Notes: generated by a model not told the origin, from the letters alone. A stretch of 32,000 bases of DNA from Candidatus Saccharimonadota bacterium (GCA_963705375.1 OY970071.1:780001-812000); one strand, 5' to 3'; counted from the stretch's first letter, positions 9,315-17,932 are shown. Made by a program: numbers and translations.

Positions 9315-9648
9315 GGGATTTGACTACCTGAAGAAGATCACGGCAGTGGATCTTGGGGACCATCTTGAAGTGCTCTATATGGTCTACGATACCGGGGCGA
9401 GGCTCGATGAGGTCGTGATGGTAAAGGTGCCTGCAGTCCGTGCGGAGGTGCCGACGGTGTTGAAGCTGTACAAAGCTGCAGACTGGTATGAGCGTGAGCT
9501 TTCTGAGATGTTTGGGATAGAAATAACTGGTAGAGGCGCAAAGCGTCTTCTTCTAGAGGAATGGGATGGCACAGAAGCGCCACTTAGGAAAAGCTTCAGA
9601 TGGGGTATGGATCTTAGCGCTCCTGGTGCATATGCAGAAGTGAAGTGA
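9250..9648 (+). CDS. nuoC: NADH-quinone oxidoreductase subunit C (30 kDa family), short form
   Basis: LKSKGFDYLKKITAVD...ADWYERELSEMFGIEI is the NuoC signature. The putative GTG start at 9250 overlaps nuoB out of frame, and the conserved N-terminal block already lies inside that overlap. Confidence 0.8.
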   Translation: MVKLLEIQKEALVRTLEGLKSKGFDYLKKITAVDLGDHLEVLYMVYDTGARLDEVVMVKVPAVRAEVPTVLKLYKAADWYERELSEMFGIEITGRGAKRLLLEEWDGTEAPLRKSFRWGMDLSAPGAYAEVK

Positions 9649-10751
9649 GAACAATGGCTATGATGCACATCAACATAGGTCCTGTACACCCGAGCACACA
9701 CGGCCCGATCAAGCTTGTCGCCTATGTCGATGGCGATACCATACATGGAATAGAGACTCACATAGGCTTCTTACATCGCGGTGTGGAGAAGTTGATGGAG
9801 AACCGGATATACATGCAGAACACAGCATATATAGAGAAACTAGACTACATTTCTCCTTTAAGCTGGGATGATCTTTATGTTTCTGCAGTGGAACAAGCCA
9901 CTGGTACGCAGGTAGGTGAGAATGTCCAGTACCTTCGCGTAATATTGCTGGAGTTTCAAAGGCTGGCTAGCCATCTTCTTTGGCTCGGAACTTTCTGCAA
10001 CGACCTGGGGCAGTTCTTCACAATGTCCATGTGGACCTTCAGAGAGCGTGCAAAGATACTGAGGCTGCTGGAGGACGTCTCCGGCAACAGGATGTTCTAC
10101 ATGAACCTCAGACTGGGGGGGTTTAGTAGGAACGTGCCAAATGATTTCACAGAAAGGGCGTACGCGCTCTCAGACTATTTAGAGCAGAAGATATCGGAAT
10201 ATCCTGAAATGCTAGACGCAAACCCCATATTCATGGAGCGTACGAAAGGCATAGGTGTCCTGAGTAAAAAAGACGCGATTGATTATGGCGTGTCAGGTCC
10301 TGTGCTGCGCGGTTCAGGAGTTGCTGATGATGTCCGAAAATCCAAGCCTTATTACGTCTACGGCAAGCTAAAGTTCTTGGTGCCCACCAACAACACTGGC
10401 GACTCTTATGGACGGTATAAGGTAAGGTTTGAGGAGATGCACCAGAGCCTAGATATAATACGTCAAGCTCTAGACCAGGTGCCGGAATACGGCGACGTGA
10501 CCGGCGAAAAGGTAAAGCTCCGCACAAATGATGCGAACTCTTCTCCTATCATAGTGAGCAGGGAGTTGCCACGCGGGGAAGGTATGATATACATGGTGCC
10601 TGGAAAACGGGGTCCATACCGGATATCTCTGAGATCTCCAGCATTCGCAAATCTTTATGCGCTCGCAAAGATGTGCGAAGGAGTAAAGTTCGCAGATCTA
10701 TTCTCAATACTTGGCAGCCTTGACATTATTCCTGGAGAAATCGACAGATAG
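9645..10751 (+). CDS. nuoD: NADH-quinone oxidoreductase subunit D (49 kDa)
   Basis: 368 aa with NIGPVHPSTHGPIKL, THIGFLHRGVEKLME and a C-terminal LGSLDIIPGEIDR. The start is GTG 9645 (4-nt overlap with nuoC) or the in-frame ATG at 9654. Confidence 0.92.
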   Translation: MRTMAMMHINIGPVHPSTHGPIKLVAYVDGDTIHGIETHIGFLHRGVEKLMENRIYMQNTAYIEKLDYISPLSWDDLYVSAVEQATGTQVGENVQYLRVILLEFQRLASHLLWLGTFCNDLGQFFTMSMWTFRERAKILRLLEDVSGNRMFYMNLRLGGFSRNVPNDFTERAYALSDYLEQKISEYPEMLDANPIFMERTKGIGVLSKKDAIDYGVSGPVLRGSGVADDVRKSKPYYVYGKLKFLVPTNNTGDSYGRYKVRFEEMHQSLDIIRQALDQVPEYGDVTGEKVKLRTNDANSSPIIVSRELPRGEGMIYMVPGKRGPYRISLRSPAFANLYALAKMCEGVKFADLFSILGSLDIIPGEIDR

Positions 10752-10763
10752 TGTGCTTTGGGC

Positions 10764-12329
10764 TTAAGAACTGCCATTCCAATTTGGATTAAGCTTGTAC
10801 AGCATTGCTGTGCCGTTCTTTGCGTAGAGCACATATTCCCCGGTTTTTATTTCACTTGAAAAACTCAGGTTTCCAGAATTCGAGTCGTTTGCAAGCAGGC
10901 TTATGTTGGTGTTATTGTCTGTGATTATGTACTGCGGTGTGAACCATCTTTCATAGCGGAAAGTACTGTCAGATCCTATCACCTCGAAATATTTTCTTGC
11001 GCAAACATGTGGCATCACAAAATCTGGTGCCATGAGTGATGCGTTTGTAGGTACTATGCTTATCACATAATTAAGGTTAGAATAATTTTTTTCCCTTGGG
11101 GCATTGACCTGAAGCAGAAACGACTGGCTGTAGCTATCAGAAATTGGAGATCTTACTAACATAGGCTCCATAACCGTCAGTAACATAACAAAAGCGGCAA
11201 TCGAGCTTACAAACACAGCTCTAAATAACGCACGTTTATTGTGCGCTTCCATCAGCCTTTTCATGGTTAACAATGCCGCTACTATCACACCTCCCAATAC
11301 CAAGCCGAAGTACTGGCGCCATGTAAGTGTAAAATACAAATTACCTAGCAGCAATACTTCTATCAGCCACGGCGAGGTAAGCACAACGCTTATGATGGGG
11401 TCCAGCACCGGAGCGATTCCAAAACCAAAGAACACTACAACAAAAGCGGCTACAATATAATATTCCAATAGCTTCAGGTATGCTGGATTCGCATAGTTCT
11501 TGGTACCGTTTATGACACCAATAAAGTCCTTGAATTCTCTTATGTTTATGCTAAGTACTTCCATAGACGGAGGCAACCCTGCATACCCTGATACATATGC
11601 TTTTGCCAAATGCGACTCGATAAGGCTGTAACTGGCCAAGGCTGCCAATGAAATCAGTGCGATGGTTATCGCAAACCGTACACTTTCGTCCCTTGCCCTT
11701 TTGTCCTTTGTGTACCTCATTTCGTACAAAACCAGTCCGACACCCAACATCAGGCCCAAGAACGGTGCCACTTCCATTGTGCCTAGTAAAAGTGCCAAAG
11801 AAACCACCATCCACTTCATTTCTTTCTTCATGTAGAAGTAGAACGTGAGGATATAGAACAGAATAATCAAACACTCGGCATGAAATTCGGCTATTAGCAT
11901 GCCGTGCATTCCGGGATTTAGGAAGTATGCTGCGACGAGCAACAGTGCCAGCCCCTTGTCTTTTAGCAGGTCTCTGGCTACAAAAAACAAGACCGCGCCT
12001 GTTAAGGACAGCACAACAACCTGTATGAACAGCAAAGTCAACGGAGATTGGAATATCGCGTATATCGGAAGCACCAGTAACATATCAGGCGCAATGTGGT
12101 TACCAAACACCAAATACTGGAATCCCCAAACGATGTTCGAGTAATGTAGATGATAATACATTGGGTAGACAAACGAACCAAAGTCTCCATACTCGTGGAA
12201 GGTGTTGTACGCATTTACGGCATACAATGACCAATATATGGTGCTTACAGCTACGAAAAGAGCCATCACTGCAAGATATATGTCTAGTCTTTTCTTGTTA
12301 ACGGCTTTCTTTTGAAAGGAGCGAGACAT
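10764..12329 (-). CDS. Polytopic integral membrane protein, GT-C-like (possibly DUF2079 family), paralog 1
   Basis: 521 aa with at least 10 hydrophobic helices. The first extracytoplasmic loop has an acidic motif (FHEYGDFG), followed by GNHIAPD. The C-terminal ~100 aa are soluble and sequon-rich (NTNISL, NDSNSGNLS, KNGT). The family assignment is from memory only. Confidence 0.55.
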   Translation of the reverse strand: MSRSFQKKAVNKKRLDIYLAVMALFVAVSTIYWSLYAVNAYNTFHEYGDFGSFVYPMYYHLHYSNIVWGFQYLVFGNHIAPDMLLVLPIYAIFQSPLTLLFIQVVVLSLTGAVLFFVARDLLKDKGLALLLVAAYFLNPGMHGMLIAEFHAECLIILFYILTFYFYMKKEMKWMVVSLALLLGTMEVAPFLGLMLGVGLVLYEMRYTKDKRARDESVRFAITIALISLAALASYSLIESHLAKAYVSGYAGLPPSMEVLSINIREFKDFIGVINGTKNYANPAYLKLLEYYIVAAFVVVFFGFGIAPVLDPIISVVLTSPWLIEVLLLGNLYFTLTWRQYFGLVLGGVIVAALLTMKRLMEAHNKRALFRAVFVSSIAAFVMLLTVMEPMLVRSPISDSYSQSFLLQVNAPREKNYSNLNYVISIVPTNASLMAPDFVMPHVCARKYFEVIGSDSTFRYERWFTPQYIITDNNTNISLLANDSNSGNLSFSSEIKTGEYVLYAKNGTAMLYKLNPNWNGSS

Positions 12330-12414
12330 AAAATAACTGCCTTTCTTATCACGGTAAGGTTATAATATGCTTTCAATGGCGTACAAATCTAATTTACACA
12401 TGCTTTGGCAGCCG

Positions 12415-13995
12415 TTACTTGTACCCTGGGCTCAATTTGTACAGCATTGCTGTGCCGTTCTTTGCACAGAGCGTGTACTCTCCCGTCCGTATCTTATCAA
12501 AAAAGCTCTGGTTTCCAGAATCTTCCGGATTCGCATTCAGGCTTATGTTTTTGTTTAGGTCTGTGAGTATGTACTGCGGTGTGAACCACACCTCTGTGAT
12601 ATTCTGTGTAAATCCTATTTTTGTGTTATTGGTATACTGGCCTATCCCTTCAAGATATCTCCTCTCATAAATGTGCGGCATCACAAAGTATGGAGCCATA
12701 AGCGATGCGTTTGACGGTATCTTGCTAATTACGTAATTCAATTCGGAATAGTATGCCTGCTGCGTCGAATTTACTTGGAATAGGAAATCCTGGCTGTAAC
12801 TGTTCGTGTTCGCCGAAAATATGAATAAGGGTTCCAACGCAGTCAGAAGCAAAACGAATACTATGATCGAGCTTATGAACAACGTTCTGAATACTGTGCG
12901 TTTTTTACGCGGACCCATCATCCGTTTCATTGTCAGCAACGTTGCTACTATGGCGCCCCCAAGCGCAAAGCTAAAGTACTGGAACCATGTAGTTACGAAT
13001 TCGATCCTACCAAGAACGAATATCTCTACGAGCCACGGTGATGTCAGCACCAAACTTGTTGCCGGATCTAGCAGCGATGCGATACCAAACCCCATGAACA
13101 CAATGATAAGGCCCGTGACGACATAGTATCCCCAACGCATTAGTAGTATTGAGCTAACGGGTCGCGCTGTACCGATTAAGATTCCTGCTAAGTGGTTCAA
13201 CTCTCTAGGGTTTATTCCCAGAACCATGATGGATGGAGGCAATCCTACATAACCCGACACATACGCTTTTGCCAAATGCGCAGTGATTAGATTATAACTG
13301 ATAAGTACTGCCAATGATATTATTACAATGACAAGTGCGAACCTAATGCTCTTGTTTCTTGTTGCATTGCCCTTTGTGTGCAGCACTTCGTACAAAACCA
13401 GTCCGACACCCAACGTCAGGCCCAAGAACGGCGCCACCTCCATCGCACCTAATAAAAGCGCCAAAGAAACCACCATCCACTTCATTTCTTTCTTCATGTA
13501 GAAGTAGAATGTCAGGATGTAGAACAGTATGATCAGGGACTCTGCATGGAAATCGAATATGAGCATGCCATGCATTCCAGGATTGAGGAAGTATGCCACG
13601 GCAAGCAGCAGTGCCATCCCTCTGTCATCAAGCAGGTCTCTTGCGATGAAAAACAATACAACTCCGGTTACGGACAGCACAATGGCCTGTATGAACAGCA
13701 GCGTCAGAGCGGATTGGAATATCGCGTATATCGGAAGCATCAACAGCAGATCAGGGGCTATGTGGTTTCCAAATATGAGATACTGAAGCCCCCAAACTAT
13801 GCCCGGATAATGTATGTGATAAAACATGTCATAGGCGAATGCCCCTAAGTCTGAGTACTCGTGAAAAGTTTTGTACGCGTTTACCGAATACAAAGACCAA
13901 TATATAGCATTCACTACTGCGAAAATAATGGTCAGTACGAGGCAGATATCTATCTTGTTATTCCCCTTGCCTTTTTTTCCGGAAACTGAGGCCAT
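12415..13995 (-). CDS. Polytopic integral membrane protein, GT-C-like (possibly DUF2079 family), paralog 2
   Basis: 526 aa and collinear with the 10764..12329 product, for example an identical ILFYILTFYFYMKKEMKWMVVSLALLLG block. It has the same topology and loop motif (FHEYSDLG). Confidence 0.55.
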   Translation of the reverse strand: MASVSGKKGKGNNKIDICLVLTIIFAVVNAIYWSLYSVNAYKTFHEYSDLGAFAYDMFYHIHYPGIVWGLQYLIFGNHIAPDLLLMLPIYAIFQSALTLLFIQAIVLSVTGVVLFFIARDLLDDRGMALLLAVAYFLNPGMHGMLIFDFHAESLIILFYILTFYFYMKKEMKWMVVSLALLLGAMEVAPFLGLTLGVGLVLYEVLHTKGNATRNKSIRFALVIVIISLAVLISYNLITAHLAKAYVSGYVGLPPSIMVLGINPRELNHLAGILIGTARPVSSILLMRWGYYVVTGLIIVFMGFGIASLLDPATSLVLTSPWLVEIFVLGRIEFVTTWFQYFSFALGGAIVATLLTMKRMMGPRKKRTVFRTLFISSIIVFVLLLTALEPLFIFSANTNSYSQDFLFQVNSTQQAYYSELNYVISKIPSNASLMAPYFVMPHIYERRYLEGIGQYTNNTKIGFTQNITEVWFTPQYILTDLNKNISLNANPEDSGNQSFFDKIRTGEYTLCAKNGTAMLYKLSPGYK

Positions 13996-14120
13996 AAAAT
14001 ATACTCCATTTTCTTATTGTGTCAAAGTTATAAAGTTTTTGGCAAGACTAACCGTGGACCTTCCGTGCTATCTGTTTTCTGTCAATGCTTCTGTAGTTGC
14101 AGACGCTGCTCGCATTTACG

Positions 14121-14134
14121 AAAGTTTATTATTT
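14121..14134 (+). promoter_or_regulatory. TATA-like box (aaagtttattattt) upstream of the Cys-rich small ORF
   Basis: It lies about 20-30 nt upstream of ATG 14152 and about 30-40 nt upstream of ATG 14164, the spacing expected for an archaeal promoter with a short or absent leader. Confidence 0.35.
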
Positions 14135-14151
14135 CCGGGTGTTGTGTGTTT

Positions 14152-14418
14152 ATGTGTGGTAGTATGGAGTCTAAAAATGATAGGATGGACTACAAGATGA
14201 AGATGTGGAAGATGCGGAAGGAGATGCTTGACTCTATGAATGAGAAGGAACTTCGCGCATTTATTACGGGCTATATGCTGGCCGAGTCTAAGATACTGAG
14301 GAAACTGGACTCAAAGTGTCACGGCGGCTGCAGCTGCGGTTGCGGGTCAGGATGCGATTGTGACTGCGGATCAAAGTGCAATTGCAAGGACGGTTCATGC
14401 ACTTGCAATGGCGAATGA
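14152..14418 (+). CDS. Small protein with an amphipathic helical N-terminal half and a metallothionein-like Cys-rich C-terminal tail
   Basis: The ORF encodes M(CGSM)ESKNDRMDYKMKMWKMRKEMLDSMNEKELRAFITGYMLAESKILRKLDSK followed by CHGGCSCGCGSGCDCDCGSKCNCKDGSCTCNGE, which has 11 Cys in 33 residues as CxC and CxxxC motifs. The start is ATG 14152 or ATG 14164. The track's TTG 14017 start would run through the divergent promoter of the neighbouring gene. Confidence 0.5.
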   Translation: MCGSMESKNDRMDYKMKMWKMRKEMLDSMNEKELRAFITGYMLAESKILRKLDSKCHGGCSCGCGSGCDCDCGSKCNCKDGSCTCNGE

Positions 14419-14528
14419 TTCTGCAATATAAAAAGGCCAAAATGGCTTCTCAAACCAACGGTATGTGGTGCCATACAAAACCGATGCAGTTCAAACAGCA
14501 TAAATAATTTTGTGTGGATACTATTACC

Positions 14529-14870
14529 ATGGACAGGAACGAATTAGAAAAGATGACAAAGGAGTATCAGCTGCTTCAGGACCAGTTGCAATCGCTTGCT
14601 ATGCAGAAGGAGCAGTTCATGGCCCAAAAAGACGATTACAAGCAGGCGCTTGCAGAGATAGAGAAGACAACGGGTAAGATATATCTTGCAGTTGGCGGAG
14701 CCATGGTTGATGTAGCTAAGGATGCAGCCCTAAAGGATATAAAGGATAGGCAGGAATCTGCGGAGATGCGTCTTGGTATTGTGAATAGGCAGTACGATGA
14801 ACTGTCTAAAAAGGAGCAGGCGCTCCGGAATGGTATAACTACTGCGCTTAACGAACTAAAGCAAGCATGA
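14529..14870 (+). CDS. pfdB: Prefoldin beta subunit
   Basis: About 113 aa with two coiled-coil arms flanking a beta-hairpin core (KIYLAVGGAMVDV), the typical size and pattern of archaeal PfdB. ATG 14529 lies about 20-30 nt downstream of gcataaataatttt; the track's GTG 14514 start is less likely. Confidence 0.8.
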   Translation: MDRNELEKMTKEYQLLQDQLQSLAMQKEQFMAQKDDYKQALAEIEKTTGKIYLAVGGAMVDVAKDAALKDIKDRQESAEMRLGIVNRQYDELSKKEQALRNGITTALNELKQA

Positions 14871-14874
14871 TAAG

Positions 14875-15858
14875 ATGCGTGCAATCGATTTCGCAGAGCT
14901 GGAGCGCACAGTACTTTCTCACAAAAGCACACGCACAATGATAACGTTCCACTCGATAGGCGACACCGATTCGGTTGCATCAGCATTTTCACTAGCAGAG
15001 TACTTTACCAATTCGACCATAATCTCTCCAGACTTTATAACTTCGAACTCAAGACACATACTGGAACGGCTCGGATTTAACCACGGTGCCATAAAAACCA
15101 CCTTCGATGATGAGGCAGAGTTCATAGTGATGGTGGATGTGAACAATTTCGAGGACTGTGGGACTCTCAAAGGGAAGTTGGCTGGAACCAACAAGGAGAC
15201 TTTGGTGATTGACCATCATACTGCAAAAGATGTCAGCAATGGTTCATTGTCTGCATTCGATGACGAGACGTACAATTCGACTTCTAGCATAGTTTTTGAC
15301 CTTCTCAACGTGCTTGGATTCAAGATAGATTCTAAAACGGCAGAGCTGCTTGCATCAGGAATAGTTTCGGATTCTGCAGAGTTCAAGAACGCATCGCCTC
15401 ACACGTTCGTCCAGATAGGCAAGCTCCTGGACATCGCGAAAAAAGACTACCAGACATTGGTGCTTGATATGAGGCATACGCCGGCACCTGAGAACAGAAT
15501 GGACGCGATAAAGAGCCTGTTTAATTCAGAAGTTATGATAAGGGAAAATCTTGTGTTCGTCATAGGCAAAGGCTTCCGTGCAAACATAGCCGCTGACGAC
15601 GCTATCAAGATAGGTGCCGACGTGGCGCTGTTCTACTCTATAGGCAGCAATGAGATATCTTTTTCTGCAAGGGCCAGACCCCTTCTAGACAGAGAAAGAA
15701 ATATGCACCTAGGCAAAGTGATGGTGGCTCTAGCCCCGATAATAAACGGGCACGGAGGAGGCCATCCATGCGCAGCCGGTGCCTATGGGCGCGACAGCGG
15801 CGCAGCTCAGGCATTTATCAACAGCTTCATGAATGTGCTGCTGAATAGAAAGACTTGA
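14875..15858 (+). CDS. DHH/DHHA1-family phosphoesterase (NrnA/RecJ-like)
   Basis: Motif I HSIGDTDSVAS, motif II VDVNN, motif III IDHH, motif IV GIVSDSAEF, and a DHHA1 GHGGGHPCAAGA. It starts 4 nt after the pfdB stop. Confidence 0.85.
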   Translation: MRAIDFAELERTVLSHKSTRTMITFHSIGDTDSVASAFSLAEYFTNSTIISPDFITSNSRHILERLGFNHGAIKTTFDDEAEFIVMVDVNNFEDCGTLKGKLAGTNKETLVIDHHTAKDVSNGSLSAFDDETYNSTSSIVFDLLNVLGFKIDSKTAELLASGIVSDSAEFKNASPHTFVQIGKLLDIAKKDYQTLVLDMRHTPAPENRMDAIKSLFNSEVMIRENLVFVIGKGFRANIAADDAIKIGADVALFYSIGSNEISFSARARPLLDRERNMHLGKVMVALAPIINGHGGGHPCAAGAYGRDSGAAQAFINSFMNVLLNRKT

Positions 15859-15931
15859 TCAAAACACGGCAATAGAATTGGTCCGATGGCTGCAATCTAT
15901 TAAGCTTGCAATCACATATATTGATGAGTCC

Positions 15932-17137
15932 ATGAAGCTTGCCATCATATCTGACACACACATAGGCTGCGATCGTTTCGGAGAAGATGCTCTGCTGCAA
16001 GCGAAGGAGGCGCTGGAGAAAGCAAGCACCGTTGCAGATGCGATACTGCTTCCCGGAGATATCTTCGACAAGCGTTTTCCAAAGCCCGAAGTCTTAGCAG
16101 ATGCGATAGACCTCTTCAGGCCGCTTTCGGACAAGCAATGGCCTGCAAAGGTTACATCATTCAACTCAAAAAGCAGCAAGGTCTATACAAAGTTGCCTAT
16201 CATAGCGATATCCGGCACGCACGAGCGTACTGCTGAAGGTAGCGATAATCCCCTAAGCCTTCTGGGACTCGCCGGTTTCCTGATAGATACCAGTGAAGCC
16301 ACAACAATGCTCGAAAAGGATGGTGAGCGGGTTGCAGTATTTGGCTTAGGTGGCCTATCTGAGGACCATGTAAGGGAAAAGCTGAAAGAGCTGAAACCCG
16401 AGCCCGTAAGCGGCGCTTTCAACATTTTCATGTTCCACCAGTCGCTGTACGAACTCCTGCCATTCAATGAAGGCTTCATCCGTTACAGTGAGCTACCGGA
16501 AGGGTTCGATTTGTATCTGTGCGGCCATATACACAACAGGGTCGAAACTTCAGTTTACGGCAAGAAGCTGCTAATACCTGGAAGCACAGTGCTCACCCAG
16601 TTCAAAGACGCAGAGCAGGAGAGCAAAGGCTTCATACTCTTTGACACTTCTACGTATTCTTACAGTTTCGAGCGCATAAACTCGAGGCGCTTTGTAGTGA
16701 AAGAGCTTCATTTCGAAGGTGCCACTCCTGCATCCGTTTTGAAATCATGCGAAGCTGAAGTGGGGTCCCTGATTTCCGGTGTAAACGACAAGCCGATAAT
16801 AAAACTGAACCTTAAAGGCACGATTGGCGAAGGGTTCTCGAGTGCGGACTTGGGCCTTCGTGAAATGGCGTCTAATTACGCTGGAAAAGCCCTGCTCAGC
16901 ATCGACAGTTCTAAATTGGTCAGCCCTGAAGTTGACGGAAGCATAGACGCAATAAGGGATGGAAAGTTCGGGGGTCTAAGTGTCAAGGAGCTTGGGATGA
17001 GCATACTCTATGAAAAACTCAAGGAGCACAAATTCGATGGGTCTGACACTCAGAAGCTTTTTGAGATGCTGAGCGATAACTCCAACAGGGAAAAGCTGTT
17101 GAAAAGCATGCTGGAGTTCCTCAATGTGCCGCAGTAG
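15932..17137 (+). CDS. mre11: Mre11/SbcD-type calcineurin-like metallophosphoesterase (DNA double-strand-break repair nuclease)
   Basis: Phosphoesterase motifs appear in order: ISDTHIG, LPGDIFD, ISGTHER, FMFHQS, CGHIHN. The product is about 401 aa from ATG 15932. No rad50-like gene is adjacent. Confidence 0.65.
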   Translation: MKLAIISDTHIGCDRFGEDALLQAKEALEKASTVADAILLPGDIFDKRFPKPEVLADAIDLFRPLSDKQWPAKVTSFNSKSSKVYTKLPIIAISGTHERTAEGSDNPLSLLGLAGFLIDTSEATTMLEKDGERVAVFGLGGLSEDHVREKLKELKPEPVSGAFNIFMFHQSLYELLPFNEGFIRYSELPEGFDLYLCGHIHNRVETSVYGKKLLIPGSTVLTQFKDAEQESKGFILFDTSTYSYSFERINSRRFVVKELHFEGATPASVLKSCEAEVGSLISGVNDKPIIKLNLKGTIGEGFSSADLGLREMASNYAGKALLSIDSSKLVSPEVDGSIDAIRDGKFGGLSVKELGMSILYEKLKEHKFDGSDTQKLFEMLSDNSNREKLLKSMLEFLNVPQ

Positions 17138-17375
17138 TCTGCTTCTTTTGCTCTATTCCTAGTGTTTTGTTCACAAGTTCCTTCTTGCTGGTGTCTATGA
17201 TTTCGTCAAGGAACTCCAGATGTGCCACGTTGCACCTGCGCTCCTTCTGCCTTTCGGCCGTTATCACATTGACGAAGCTATCGTCTACGATCTTGGTTAT
17301 CACCGCTCTGCTGCCTGCATCGCGGCCGTACTTCTTTATGCACACCCTGCCAACCTGCAATATAGCGTTTGTCAT
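17121..17375 (-). CDS. rpl14e: 50S ribosomal protein L14e
   Basis: 84 aa with a KOW-like VGRVCIKKYGRDAGSRAVI. Its start overlaps the cmk stop (ATGA). Its position after cmk matches the conserved archaeal order. Confidence 0.85.
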   Translation of the reverse strand: MTNAILQVGRVCIKKYGRDAGSRAVITKIVDDSFVNVITAERQKERRCNVAHLEFLDEIIDTSKKELVNKTLGIEQKKQTTAAH

Positions 17376-17923
17376 TTGAATCCTCCATTTTCTCTTTCAA
17401 GTGCAAGCAATGATATCATTGCGACTTCCTCTTCTTTTGTGAATCTCTCCGTGTTTATCTCGATGTCGAAGATGCTGTGGTCCATTATGTCTATGCCGTA
17501 TAGCTTCTTTATGTTTCTTGTCGTGAGCTGGTCTTTCTTTTTTACCTCTTCCCTCGCAAGCTCGATGCTCATCTTCTTGTCTAGGGCACGCCTTCGCACC
17601 CTCTCTTCAAAGCTCGTATTCAGCCATATCTTGAGCGTGGCGTCCTTGACAAACCAAGGACCTAGCCATGTTGACACGACACAGTTGTTGTGTTCTGCCA
17701 GCTTGACAACTTCGCTGTCAAAAGCATCAGCGAACTTCTTGGTCGAAGTTGTTTCTGCCAACCTGGTGTTGTCGTCCTTTGCATCCTTGGTTTCGTCCAC
17801 GAAGCTCTTGAACGAATCCATGGATTTCTTTGTGATGTGCATTATGCCGAGCTTCTTAGAAAGCTCATCGCCTATCGCTGTCTTTCCGGTGGCGCTGAAG
17901 CCGCTTATGCATATCCTGATCAT
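17372..17923 (-). CDS. cmk: Cytidylate kinase, archaeal type
   Basis: 183 aa with P-loop ISGFSATGKT. It lies between rpl34e and rpl14e, as in the conserved archaeal cluster. Confidence 0.8.
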   Translation of the reverse strand: MIRICISGFSATGKTAIGDELSKKLGIMHITKKSMDSFKSFVDETKDAKDDNTRLAETTSTKKFADAFDSEVVKLAEHNNCVVSTWLGPWFVKDATLKIWLNTSFEERVRRRALDKKMSIELAREEVKKKDQLTTRNIKKLYGIDIMDHSIFDIEINTERFTKEEEVAMISLLALERENGGFK

Positions 17924-17932
17924 AGAGGCTCA

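Larger units (their letters stand above)
10764..14045 (-). repeat. Tandem direct duplication (~1.65-kb unit) comprising gene plus upstream promoter region
   Basis: Unit 1 spans 10764..12414 and unit 2 spans 12415..~14045. Exact nucleotide runs are shared, with about 50 nt at ~11794 matching ~13460 and 29 nt at ~10794 matching ~12436. The upstream segments aaaataactgcctttcttatc..ggttataat and aaaatatactccattttcttatt..agttataaa are recognisably homologous. Confidence 0.8.

Noticed and set aside
12330-12414. Possible small gene or ncRNA in the spacer between the two membrane-protein paralogs (track ORF 12367..12558).
   Set aside because: The spacer is homologous to the promoter region upstream of paralog 2 and contains its TATA-like ggttataat. 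The ORF mostly runs antisense into paralog 2.
14017-14151. TTG-initiated, Cys-rich extension (FCQCFCSCRRCSH..SGCCVFMCGS) upstream of the metallothionein-like ORF.
   Set aside because: The extension overlaps the divergent promoter of the 12415..13995 gene and contains the TATA-like box at 14121-14134. Its Cys codons probably reflect T/G-rich non-coding sequence. I cannot fully exclude it.
14152-14418. The Cys-rich small ORF as a RiPP precursor (leader peptide plus Cys-rich core, SCIFF or ranthipeptide-like).
   Set aside because: No radical-SAM enzyme, cyclodehydratase, lanthionine synthetase, peptidase or exporter gene is nearby. The neighbours are membrane GT-C-like genes and prefoldin.
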